44,540 nucleotides of DNA, from the NCBI GenBank assembly GCA_040357565.1, contig JBDODJ010000087.1; one strand, written 5' to 3'. Positions 32,115 to 44,169 of the stretch are shown here, piece by piece (position 1 is the stretch's first letter; each line of letters starts with the position of its first letter). The notes beneath the pieces were generated by a model. The model saw only the letters and a program-made list of their open reading frames with translations, made no database searches and was not told the DNA's origin. This DNA comes from Cercozoa sp. M6MM (taxonomy: Eukaryota; Protista; Endomyxa: Ascetosporea). The position numbers and the translations under genes are program-made.

Positions 32115-34290
32115 ATGACTGCAAACACGGTGCGTTATCGGGTGTTGGTCTGTCTGGAGTGCGCGTGCAAACAATTACTACTGCTAGACAGGTGGCGGTC
32201 ATTGGAGGCGGCGTTATCGGCCTTAGTGTATGGACTGCCACCCCTTGTCTCTGTTGGTATTTGGAAGGTTTAAGTTTAACAGGTCGCAAGGGCAGTGGCG
32301 AAACGCTTCCCTGCAACGCAAGTGCTACTCCTCGAAAGACGCTCGCGATGCGGCATGGAGACTTCGTCACGTTCGTCGGAAGTGATTCATGCAGGAATCT
32401 ACTACAAGCCTGTATGTCGTCTTTTTGATTGTATCCGCGTTTCCCTGGGCGTTTCTCAGTGTGGTTCGTCGATTTAATTAACTGGCAGGGAAGTTTGAAG
32501 GCTAAAATGTGCGTCAAAGGAATGCACATGCTTTACGGTGTTTTAGCTCTTTGTGCTTATATCTTTATTACATTTTAACTTTTACCCCCCCCCGCCCCCC
32601 CCCGCCTTCAAAAAGACAGATCTGTGCGAGCGAGAAAACATTCCGTTTCGCAAAAGCGGAAAACTGCTGATGGCATGGCTACCGGAGCAAGTTGAGGTTT
32701 TACCCCACCCCTTACCCTTTTTGCCAAGTTTTAACCCCCTTTACTCTTCCTTAGGAAGCACACCAATTGTTGGAGCGTGCGAAAGCGAACGGCACTCCGG
32801 GAATTCGAATCGTCAAAGGACGCGAATTGCAGCGGCTCATGTGGCAGCAAGGTTCACCCCCCCCCCCCCCCCCCCCCCCCGACCCCTTTGCCCCTCCCCT
32901 TTGCCCCTCTTCCCTTTACCCGTTATCCCGTCTTTACCCAAGAGTAGACATTGGCACGGAGGAGACGAATAATTCCTCGACGGTGGCACTGTGGTCACCG
33001 GCGACTGGAGTGATCTGTTCGCACTCACTGGTGCAGTCACTGGAGGCACGTGCGCAACGACAGGGCGTGCATCTACAGTGTCGCACGCAGGTCAAGGCAG
33101 TCACCAGGAAGGCAGTAGAGGGGAGTAAACCGCAACTCACGCTCGCTCTTGTTGAGGACATTGACGATAACCAGGTATGCCTGGAGGGGTGGTAAAGGGT
33201 AGATATCGGAATTTAGGGGGGGAAGGGGTTGAGGGTAAGAGTATAGTTAAATGGGAAAAGTTAGGGGGGATAAAGGAGAGTAGAGTTAAAGGAGGTATAG
33301 CTCGATGTGTGCAGCCAGTGAGCCAAGTGGCGACACAAGAAATCACGAGCACCGTTGATGTCGATTATGTCATTGTAGGGCTGTTTTACCCCCCTGCCCC
33401 CTTTAGTCCCCCCCCCCCCTACCCTAAACCATTTGTCCCGACCCTTCTCTTTTAGAACTGCGCTGGACTCGAAAGTGCGCGCGTTGCCGCTTTCAACGAT
33501 CCTGACTGTAGCACATTTGACCCCCGTTTACCTCCTACCCTGTTTCCCTTGTTTACTCCCCTTTACCACCTTTATCCCATTTCTCCCCTTTACCACCTTT
33601 ATCCCATTTCTCCCCTTTACCCCCCCCCCCCAGGCGAGTACAGAATCCTGCCACGGAAGGGCGTCTGGGCGACTCCGCGAAACGGCGACACGTGTCGCTT
33701 TCCATCGCCGCTGGTGTACCCTGTGCCAGTGCAGGGCGGCAACTCTCTGGGTGCGCACACGTGCTGGCATCCGCGTGGACAGCTGCGACTGGGACCACTG
33801 GATGTACCGGTCGACTCAATCTGCACGGACCAGGGACAGTACGACTATAGACTAATGGAGGTCTATCGAACTGGCCTCTCGCAGGCACTGCTGCCGCTCT
33901 TTGGCGGTCGACTTGAGGTACCGAGGGGGTAAAGGGTGGGGAGGGGTGGGATAAAGGTTTAACTCTCTAAGTGTAGGAGGAGTTGCAGCCAGAGAATCTC
34001 ACACTCGACATGGCTGGACTGCATCCGTAGTTTATCCCCCCTACTCCACTTCATCCCCTTTACCGTTTTCCTATTAGGTCAACGGCACCGTTGGGACAGA
34101 GCAGCGATTTCATCGTACAGTACGATGGTCGTGGCATGGTGATTTCAACTTGGTTACTGACGCCCTGTGTTGATGACTGACTGTTCTGCTGTGACGTTAG
34201 ATCAACCTGGTCGGCATCGACTCACCCGGACTAACCTCGTGCTTGGCTCTCGGAGAGCACACGGCCCAACTGTTGGCGCAACTGCAGTAA
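32115..34290 (+). CDS. L2HGDH: L-2-hydroxyglutarate dehydrogenase-like FAD-dependent oxidoreductase
   Basis: VAVIGGGVIGLS, GMETSSRSSEVIHAGIYYKP|GSLKAKMCVKG, IPFRKSGKLL, ALWSPATGVICSHSL, NCAGL, LVYPVP..LGAH, DFIVQ..INLVGIDSPGLTSCLA; stop TAA at 34288-34290. Confidence 0.92.
33558..33620 (+). repeat. 27-nt tandem duplication (cccctttaccacctttatcccatttct x2 + partial), intronic
   Basis: Directly visible in an L2HGDH intron. Confidence 0.85.
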
Positions 34291-34310
34291 CGTCACTTCG
34301 ACAAATAGAT

Positions 34311-34336
34311 AATTAAATAAAAATAAATAAATAAAA
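34311..34336 (+). terminator. Overlapping AATAAA polyadenylation-signal-like cluster 3' of L2HGDH
   Basis: aattaaataaaaataaataaataaaa about 20 nt after the stop codon. Confidence 0.55.
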
Positions 34337-34562
34337 CGCTGCGAAGCAAGCCATGCTGCTGTGACCCACAACTTATCTCAGAGCACTCACACAACCGTAC
34401 AGAGCATTCAACTTCTTGAGGCGATCAACGGTTTTTGCCGGTGGATGGGCTGATGGATCATCACCTTCCATCACCTTCGACAGTATCGATTGTGCAGGAC
34501 AGCACGTATACCTCAAGCCACTGCCGTGCAGTGCACTCACTGTACTGTACTGTAGTTCCAGC

Positions 34563-36592
34563 ATGTCCGCAATCGAAGACAGAAAGGTGAGCCCACACGT
34601 TCTTGCTTTTTTTTTGCCATGGCGGGAACCACTTCGTGATGCTTACCGTGTAGGTGTTCTCCGGATATCGCTTCAACCTCGTTGGAAAGCCACAGCAGCG
34701 GTATACGATAAAACGGGTTGGAATTCCATTTCCAATAAACTGTATATTTTGTCTTGTCTCTGCAGCAACAATGAGCTGGTGCATCAAAAGCAGCTAGCCC
34801 AGTTGATCAAACAACATGGCGGCGAAGTCAAGGCCACGCTGTCGCGGCGCTGCCATTTTTTGGTACCAACGTCCATAGATTGAGCTTTTCCCTCCCGTCT
34901 GTAAACTTACATGGTCTGTAGGTTTATGGCAATGGCGACGCCGTCAGCAAGCGCATCGCTAAAGCGAAAGAATTCGGTGTCAAATGCTACCCGACCTCGT
35001 GTGTTCGCTTTCTTACTGTGCGTGTGTGCGTGTGTGTGTGTGCGTGTGTGTGTGTGCGTGTGTGTGTGCGTGTGTGTGTGTTAATTCGCGACGAACAACT
35101 CGCAGGTTCGTATATGATTCGATTCGCGACGGAAAACTCGCTAACGCCGAGGTGATGTCTGATGCGGAAGATCTTTCTGCTGTCGCGCTTCCTTGCGACG
35201 AAGACTCTTCTCGGTACCGTCATTCATCGCTGTTGCTTCGTTGCTCCTTGAAATGTAAACCTTTCAGCACCTCGGAACTTCCACTGCGACAAGATCTCAC
35301 AATCGTGATTCTCGGCAAATTCCGGGACCTAGACATGCAACAAGACGAGCTCATTGAAGAGCTCATGCGCGCTGGTGCCAAGATGGCACGAGTGAGTAAG
35401 TACATGAGCACAAAAACCGATGTTTTGGTACATTTTTTCGCTCTTGCCGGCTGACCAAACTGTATACTTACAGTACCAACACAATTGGGTTTGCTCAATT
35501 GTGTACTGCTCACTCAGGTCGTTGGTAGTGACGATGTTGAAAATCGAAAGGCTTTTAAAAAGGCGACAAGTTTAGGCAAACCGATCGTCACGGAGGCGTA
35601 TGTTCATTTTCTGGCATATAATAGTTCATTTACTGTCTAAAACTTACACTTCTGAATCTTGTAGTTGGGCTCGCGAGTTCCTTGCCACGAAGGGTCGGCC
35701 TGAGGCTCCTTCCGTCTTTGACTTTCCGTTCCGTCGCATTGACACGTGACTGACTTTCCAAAGTTCTCGAAACCGGTCAGTGTCTGCCTGAGTTGTGTGT
35801 CCCTGTAGCGATTCGTGCCGTGAGACACACGACTCGCCGAAGCTAGAGGCAGAACAGGTAGCTCTATTGTTTGCTTCACACACCACATAACTCATGATAT
35901 GCTGCAGCAACTGCACGAGCGTGCGGCCGAGATAAAGACGCTGAAAGTGGCCATCACCGGAGAGCCTCCGTAAGACACTTTGCGTTATAAGTTTCAGTCA
36001 CCCCATTTCATTGTAACTGAATAGAATGTCACTCGATGCGCTCCGCAATGGACTGCGCCATATTGGCGTCACTCTGATCGACGCTCTTGACGACGAGTGT
36101 GACGCATTGGTATTAGCATTTCTATTTTGGTTACACCGTTTGAGTTTCCCTGGATATTTTTTAAATGAATTATACTGTGACATGAGTTGTTCTTGCAGCT
36201 TTGCGGAAAGAACATGGGCTTCAACAGCATCTTCGACAGCATCATTGCCGGACAAATTGCGGAAGATCGTAAAATCCCGCTGGTTGACGCTAGGTATCGA
36301 CTTTTCTTGGTTACGCGTATACTGTACAAATTGTGAATTCTTAGCTGGTCGAGTGATTCAATCGACGCAGGACATGCTCTGCCGTTCGTGAACTACATTG
36401 ATGCCTCAACATGCAACGATTCGCACTTATCTACGGGTCTAGAGACGGGGTATCGTACATGTTATCTTCATCCGCCAGCAGGCAGGGGCTTGGCGGTGTC
36501 AAAGGTGTTTCATAGTTTCTATGTGTAGGTGCGATGTAAACCTTAGCGGTGAAACACTGGGGGCTAGTGCAGCTACCACTGCGGCAAACTAA
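34563..36592 (+). CDS. Protein consisting of three BRCT domains
   Basis: BRCT1 VFSGYRFNLVG..LIKQHGGEVKATLSRRCHFLV..KAKEFGVK..FVYDSIRDGKL; BRCT2 IVILGKF..RAGAK..MSTKTDVLVVG..KKATSLGKPIVTEAW; BRCT3 KVAITG..IGVTL..CDALLCG..KIPLVDASWSSDSIDAG; stop TAA at 36590-36592. Confidence 0.8.
35018..35081 (+). repeat. Interrupted (TG)n/(TGCG) microsatellite, intronic
   Basis: Directly visible in the sequence. Confidence 0.9.
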
Positions 36593-37212
36593 ACGAGATG
36601 ATCAGTGTTGTTGTTGCCGAATCTGGCGTCCGTTCCCCACCCGCGCGTTTTCGCGAGTGGGTATACACGAGGCGGATCACTCCACCGAACGGAACTGTAT
36701 CGCGCGATATGTACTACCAATCGTCGACGGGTGCATTATGCATGAAGCTTGGACTTTGTCAAACCCCTGTCGTGTGGCTCGGGTTTTTGGTTGCGCAAAT
36801 GGCGTTGGTGGCGAGGTTCTGAGCGGGCGTTTCATCTAACTGTCGAGATTAGGGACGATATTTTCGTGCGGACCCACCGACACCAGTGAACTGCCTCAAC
36901 GAAGGCATCCCATATCACATGCAGTGTTCATTTTGTTAGCGAAGTTTCGTCGATTTTCGATATTTGTAGCCACGCTTACGTCATGCGAACGAATGAGGAC
37001 CCAAAAGCTGCTTTGAAGCACCATCTGTGTTTGTTAGGGTTTTGAGGTACCAATGGGCACTAGCCGCGGGAAGCAATGCGATGTTTTGCAAACAACAAGA
37101 GCTCAGCCTCAAAATAATGACCTCCCGTTTGTGTTGGCAGGGAAAGTTTACTGCGTCCGTCTGGGACGAAAGCCGCTAAAATTACTGTACCAAAGTTTCG
37201 CGAGTCACCAAG

Positions 37213-40200
37213 ATGAAGCTGCTGCTGTCAGTGCTTGTGTTGGCCGCCGCTGCAATGCACGGTACATACACCTTTTCGTGAGTATAAAACGACGTGACAT
37301 GACGTGGGCTTCATAGGTGCCTCGGCCGAGTCGACTGAGGTTGGCACTGCCGCCGAACTTGGCGTCGACATGGTGGACCTGCCGAACGGCGAGACCTTCA
37401 AGTTCGAGAGGTACCCACATTACGACCAAATACCATGAAGCACAACTGCAAACTTTTTATTTATTCTTTTGCGTTTTTCTTTGCTTTATTCTTTGCTTTT
37501 GTTCAGTGAGACGCAGCGCATGCTTCAGATTCTTGTGCACTCGCTGTACTCCAAGAGGTATCTCCGAATTTTCACTTGCCTATGCTGCGGTGGTATTGCT
37601 CTTGACGTTAATTCCGGTTTGCAGAGACGTGTTCCTGCGCGAGTTGATCTCGAATGCGAACGATGCGCTAGCCAAGCTGCGTCATGCCGCTCTCACCGAC
37701 AGTTCTGTTCTCGAGGTACCCTTCTGCGCATTTTCCCCGTCCAATCACAGCAGCACAACTGTTTTGTAGGCTGATAGCAACCTCGAGATTCGTGTCTCTT
37801 TTGACAAGGAGAACAACACGGTTACCATTCGTGATACCGGGTATGCTTCACCCTTTGAACTCTTAAACAGCGATGTTTTATGGAAGCGTGTCTGAAAATT
37901 CAGTTGTGGTATGACGAAGGAAGAGTTGGTCAAGAACCTTGGCACTCTTGCGTACTCGGTGAGTTCATTTGCTTTGAGAAGCTGATAGGTTTCTTTGATC
38001 TGTTGCGACTGCAGGCCACGGCCAAGTTCGCCGAGGAGCTCGAGAATGCCGAGAACGCTGGTACCGTTGCCCTGTTTCCGGTGATTTCAGCGCGGAGGCT
38101 GAAAGATATCACTGTTGCTCATTTTTCTCAGAGGCCGCTGCCAGTCAGATTGGTCAGTTCGGTGTCGGCTTTTACTCTGCCTTCTTGGTATGTTCAGGTC
38201 TTGCTTTTTGTGGGAGTTCATTACTGGTTTGTCCTTCCAGGTGGCCGATTCTGTCGTGGTCAACTCTGTCTCCTACAAGGATGGTAACCTTGTGCTTCTG
38301 GGTTATAGGGAATGATTGTGCAGCAGTTGATTGAGGGTGTTTTTGCAGACACGCAGCATACCTGGGTGTCCAACGCCGACGGCACTTTTAAGGTGGCCGA
38401 GACGGAGAACACGCTGGGTCGCGGTACCGAAATTGTGCTGAAGCTGAAGGTATCTCTATTGCCACTCCCTTCTCTTGTATCCTTGACCCGTATATTTCGA
38501 CAGGAGCGCGATCAGGAGTTCCTCGATGCCGATTTGCTCGAGAAGACTGTAGCTTTCATTTTTGTCATTTTTGTAGTTGTACTTAAACCTAATGTCTGTG
38601 TGTGAGAACAGGTCAAGCACTACTCGGAGTTTGTCGAGTTCCCGGTGCAGCTGCAGGTGGAAGAACAGGTAGCCACTTTCACTTGCATTAACGGAGTGCT
38701 AACTCGATCTGCTTTGGGGTCTGCTCAGGTCGAAGTGGAGGTGCCTGAGGAGACCGAGGGCGAGGACGAAGAGGCCGAGGAGAAGACCAAGACTGTCACC
38801 GAGACGCAGCTGGTACCGGCTCTTTCTTTCCTCCCTACCCCTCCGTACCTCATACCCTCCCCTCCCCGTTTGAGCAGAAGTGGCGCCGTGTCAACTCGCA
38901 AGCCCCGGTGTGGCGCCGTCAACCGGACGAAATCTCGGATGTAGCCATGTTCTAACCCCCCAACCCCACCCATTTATATCAACATTTGCAGGAGGACTAC
39001 GCGCAATTCTTCCGCTCAATCTCGGGTGGGTTTTCTTTTTTTGTGTGGGATGTCCGTGTTTTGGAATGTGCCTTTATGCAGGCGGCACGAGCGCTGGCGA
39101 GCCCGCCATGCGCACGCACTTCAAGACGGTAGCCTCTTTACTCCCCATCTTTTATCCTCCGAGGCATCGTTGTGTATGCATGGGTTGTGTATGTGTGCAG
39201 GAGGGTCAGACCGCCATCACGGGTCTCCTGTTTGTGCCGGACAAGGCGCCGATGGGCATGTACGATAACTACTACTCCAAGAAGAGCAGCGTGCGCCTCT
39301 ACGTCCGTCGTGTTCTCCTCAACGACGAGTTCGGTACTCACTGCACATTACTTGGGCCAGTAGGATGTACCTTGTTTGTCTTTGTAGAGGACTTGCTGCC
39401 ACGCTACCTGTCGTTCGTGCGGTATCTCCTATTGTGTGTCCCTTCTGGTGTACATGCACGTGTATACAATGGGTGTCCCTGCAGGGGCGTGGTCGATGCC
39501 GATGACTTGCCGATCAATGTGAACCGTGAGACGCTCCAGGAATCCAAGGTGATGCGTGTCATCTCGCGCAAGCTCACGCGCAAGGCTCTCGACATGCTCA
39601 AGCGCCTCGCTCAGGAGGAGATTGGTAGCGTTGCTTCCTTGTACACATGTGTATTTGTACCCCCCCCCCCCCGACAGACGAGCTGTCGCCGCCAGAGCAG
39701 GAGGAAGGTGAGGAGGAATCCGAGGCCTCCGATGAAGAGGAGGAGAAGGAGGTCAAGACGCCGCAGAAGCGTTACACCAAGTTCTTCAAGGAGTTCGGCA
39801 AGTCCGTCAAGCTTGGTGTCATGGTACTGACTCCACCTACTTAAGCGTGAGGAGGTCTATGTAGTATATTTTGTGTGCTGCAGGAGGACCAGGCCAACCG
39901 CAAGCGACTCTTGCCGCTGCTGCGTTTCCAGACCACCACGTCGGATGGCGAACTCGTCTCGCTCGACTCCTACGTCGAGCGTATGAAGGTACTCCGCACG
40001 ATTGCTTAGTTGTACTTCTCTGGTATTGTACTTCTCTGGTATTGCTTAATGTTTGCTGTGCAGGAGAACCAAAAGGACATCTACTTCATCGCCGATCAGT
40101 CGATCGAGCAGCTGGAGGGCTCGCCCTTCCTGGATCGCTTCCGCGCACTCGGTCTCGAGGTTCTGTACGCCACGGATCCTCTCGACGAGTACGTCTTCCA

Positions 40201-41349
40201 GCAGGTAGTCTTGCCTGCCAAATCTTGATGCGTCTATGTGGGTGTACGCGCTGTCTTTCTGAACAGGTGACTGAGTACGACGGCCATCGCATCGTGTCGA
40301 TCACGAAGGAAGGACTCAAGCTTCCTTCCGTTGCTGAGGGTGTGTCTGTCTTTCCTGTCTTGACGTTGGGCTGATATGGAGCGCGTCTGTGCAGACCTCA
40401 AGCCGCGTCTGGAGAAGTTCCAGTCCAACAAGCAGGAGGGTACTCTTTCTGTATGCTTATCTGGTTGGTGTGTCTATGTGTGTCTGGTCGTATAGAACTC
40501 AAGCCGCTGTGCGACTGGATGAAGGAGCTGTTCAGTGGCCAGGTGGACAAGGTCGAAGTTGGCTTCGATCTGGTCGACGCACCTGCCGCTGTGGTCACTG
40601 CTCAGTGGGGTATCTCTCTCTCTCTTTCTCTTTCTCGTTCTCTCTACTCGTCCTTCTGTTGACTCACCTGGTGTGTGCAACAGGCTGGTCGGCCAACATG
40701 GCGCGTATCGCTCAGGCTCAGGCCTTTGGCGGCGAGGTACTGGTTGTGACTTCTGTACAATGTATCAGCATACGGGTGGTGGTGTGTTTTAGGCGCAGCA
40801 GTGGATGATGCCGCGCAAGACGCTGCAGCTCAACTGGCGTCACCCAGTCGTGACGCAACTGGCCGAGATCTACAGGTACTCTTGCCTTCTCTCCGTGTTT
40901 GTATCGTGACGCTGGTATGTGCCTTAGTGAAAACAACAAGGAAGCTGAGTCGATGGCGAACCTGCTGCTCGATGCTGCACTTGTGGTATTTTCTGCTGTG
41001 CTGTCATCCTTCTTTCAGTGGCAGACCAGAACTGCTTTTTGTTGTAGTCTTCTGGCTTCACGCATGAGGCTCCTGCCAAGTTTGCTTCACGCATCTACGA
41101 GGTACACCTGCTGTAACCACCTCAGTGTTTGTTATTACATGTGCCCTCTGCAGGTGCTGCAACTCGGTCTGAAGCTGCCGCTCGACGCTGGTTTGCTCGC
41201 TGAGCCCGATTTGGTATTAGAGTTTTCAGCTAGATTCCTGTCGACTGTCATATTGCCATCCTTTGATGCAGGCCAGCATGCCCGAGCTGGACGAGCCGGA
41301 GGAGGAAGAGGAGGACGAGAACGACGAGGAGGATCACATGGAGCTTTAA
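37213..41349 (+). CDS. HSP90B1: ER Hsp90 (endoplasmin/GRP94), 30 coding-region introns
   Basis: Signal peptide MKLLLSVLVLAAAA; ILVHSLYSKRDVFLRELISNANDAL, IRDTGCGMTKEELVKNLGTLA, IGQFGVGFYSAFLVAD, LGRGTEI, LYVRRV, GVVDADDLPINVNRETLQ, GWSANMARI; acidic tail ending HMEL*. Confidence 0.97.
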
Positions 41350-41517
41350 GCACATTGTGTGCGGTGCATGTGGCGTCGGGCCGGGGGTACAACCGTACCC
41401 CTTCCCTCTGAGGCATACCCGTGTAGTAAAGAAAGTTACAAGTAGTACGTGTACAATGGCGAACGGAAATTTTAGATCAATGAGCTTTTCCGTTCATTTC
41501 CTTCGCTTGCCGTGCGC

Positions 41518-44169
41518 ATGCGCATGAGTCTGTCACATTCGTCCGTCGAAGTATGCGTTGTACGAGCATATGGTGTCCTTCCTGAGGAGGACAACGCTAA
41601 CACTATGCTCATCACTATCCTCGCCTGCCGTTCCAACCCCTAGCGCACTCGAGTCAATTCTAGTGGAAGCGAGTTTGTTTTGCCAACTTGACGCAATTTA
41701 TTTTCGTATCCGCGCGGAGCTTGCAGGGAAAACCCTGCTTTAGTAACCGATTGGCTCGAGTTTTTGACCTTTCTAGAGCAGATGCTACATACTTGTGCGA
41801 ATCTCCTGTGAAGCTTGGTTTTCAGTCATTTCCAATCGAAGTGGAGTCTATGCAATCTCAATTCGAGGCTTTGTTCTCGAGCATCGTGGTGCAGCCCTTT
41901 GCGTCCTTGACCTCACTGGTGTTTCAGGTAGTGCTCTACGTGTTCCTTGAGCCACATGAAGTCTGGTCACTTCAGTTACCGCTGTTCTTTGGTAAATTAT
42001 ATCAAACGTTGTTTCTTTTTTTCTGTCGTTTCACATAATTATGACCTGTAGAAGTTGCTGTGGTGACAGCGCTGGTTGCTACCTTCATATCCTGCTTTCG
42101 TCACGAAAGACAGCTCCGCTTGCACGCGTTTCGCAGCAACTCCGACGTGTTCTTCAGCAATGTGGCGAAAGGCTTCGTGGCGGCAGTCCGATCACTTTTC
42201 CGCAAGAGATCAATTGCAACCGACTCGGAGACGATATTTGGCGCAGAAAGGGGTGCTGTCGATGTCGATGTCAACTTTGTATATGACACGCACTTGCGCA
42301 CCACCGCTCTTGTTTCGTTCCTGTGCGCCTGCGGGTTCGCTTACTTCATCGACTGCATCGAGTTACTCGAAACTCATGTTCCCGTCACCTACGCGTGGCA
42401 CTTGGTGGTTCGTACCCCCACGTACGACATTCCTTTAGTAAGAACCACTTTGGTAGGAAAACTGTTGTGTGCGAAAATTTTAAATGTTGGTTGATGATAG
42501 GTGCGAGTTGGTCTAAAAGCAGCATTGCTTTACAACATTCTCGAACTGACAGATCAGGTACTAAAATAAACCAGTAGTTTTTCAGTCTCAAACTGCCAAC
42601 TCCATTAATCGCAGATGATGGCACTGCGCGGGCGAAGTTCACCCGCAAACGAAACCGACAGATTCGGCCAGCGCAATGCCTTTCCTTTCGAAATTCGTCC
42701 CATCTGCGATGGCTTGCTGTTCGCAATGATCCAGACTTGCCTCGATGTGTCGGCACGACTCTGCGGCATGTGGACCTATGAACTGGTACGGCGCAAAGCT
42801 GATTACTTAGAACCACCAGCTTGTTTGTATTGTATGTAAATTGCTCATTTAGAGGCCCTTCACTAGCTTTTTCGGCGTCCCGTTTTTGCACATTGTGCAC
42901 ATGCAGCTCAGTGGCACAATGTGGTCATTCGCAGTCCGCCATGCGCGAATTTTAGTGAACACTTCGACGGCAAGCAGACAGTGCTTATCGATCTTTCGCC
43001 ATGGGCGCCGTGTTCGCTTAGTGTCGCTCACGAAACTGGACTCTCACCAAAGCCTCCATGAACACGCGGAACACGCGGAAGCAGAACCGTACTTCTCAGA
43101 GTCACTGTCTTCTCTTCTTTCCGTGGACAGCGAGACTTCCAAAGACAACCGCACCGGCAAGGTAGAAAAGCTCCTGGCGCACCGTTGTCTTCGGATCTGC
43201 GCCAAAGATGCAACAATTTCGAGAACGACGCGAGTGCATCGACAAACTTCAATGCTGTCTCCGTTTCTCTACGCTGCAAAGTTCATTTCTAGTCTTAAAC
43301 AGAGTCATCGTGACGACGCTCGGCGCGGAGACGAACTCATCGGCCAAGCCACGGTTCCACCGCGAACGAAGAGATCGGTAGCTATAGGTAAAGATAGCAG
43401 CAAGCGCTGCGAGGGTCGACCGCGAGTTCGTCGGCACCATTTTCTCACGTTTGATGCCCGAGGTTCATACTATAGTCAGCGTTCTATTTTCGAAATCACT
43501 CGCTTTAGAGGTACAGTAAAACATCATGCGGGTGCCATTGAGACAAGTTAGCCCATCGTGATATTAAGTCTAGGCATTATCTTGACATCATCGTGGTTCT
43601 CGCTGCGCCACCCCAGCGGTAAGTATCTGTGCGTGAAGAAAAATCAGTTCTACGCATCAAAGTCGCACTCAAATGCTGCTCGTTGGTTGTATTCTTTTCA
43701 CGGCGTAACGCACGGCATGAGTGTCTTCTCATTTCGACTCGCAGACAGTGCGATTGGCGAGTATATGCTGTGCGCCAGTCCACAAGGAGAACTCTGCAAC
43801 CCGTCAGAAGCGTCGGCGCAGAACTCTCTCTTTGGCCTGCTTTCAGCAGACGATGGCGAACGCGTTCAGTTTGAAAAGGCCGTTCCAAACCACTGGTTGT
43901 GGATCGACTCGTTGAGATTCTGCCTGCAATACACAGGACTGGCAGCGGTGGTGGCTGCGGTCTCGTTTGTGATATGTGAGGCAGGCTTGTTGATGCAACC
44001 GATTCAAGTTATCCCTCCATGGCTACTGGCCGCAGGTTTGATATCCACTGCATTGTACTTGACGGCACGTAGTTGGCGTTCGCTTGTTGAAGAGGACCGT
44101 GTCAACTACAAACTACAGTTCTTCAGTTCTTTCAAGAAAACCTCTATCGACAGTGCGTTTCTTTTCTGA
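41518..44169 (+). CDS. Hypothetical multi-pass membrane protein (intron-poor), possible beta-trefoil-like segment
   Basis: Long exons (about 41727-41987, 42052-42452, 42501-42557, 42615-42786, 42853-43510, 43574-44169); the four downstream junctions splice in phase. Hydrophobic segments near both ends. The start and first junctions are uncertain. Confidence 0.55.

Noticed and set aside
40001-40050. 16-nt tandem repeat (ttgtacttctctggta x2) flanked by attgctta in a GRP94 intron
   Set aside because: Simple local slippage duplication; too small to indicate a mobile element.
37213-41349. Introner-type (transposon-derived) intron family
   Set aside because: Introns are similar in length but I could not see shared sequence or terminal repeats among them; an all-versus-all intron alignment would be needed.
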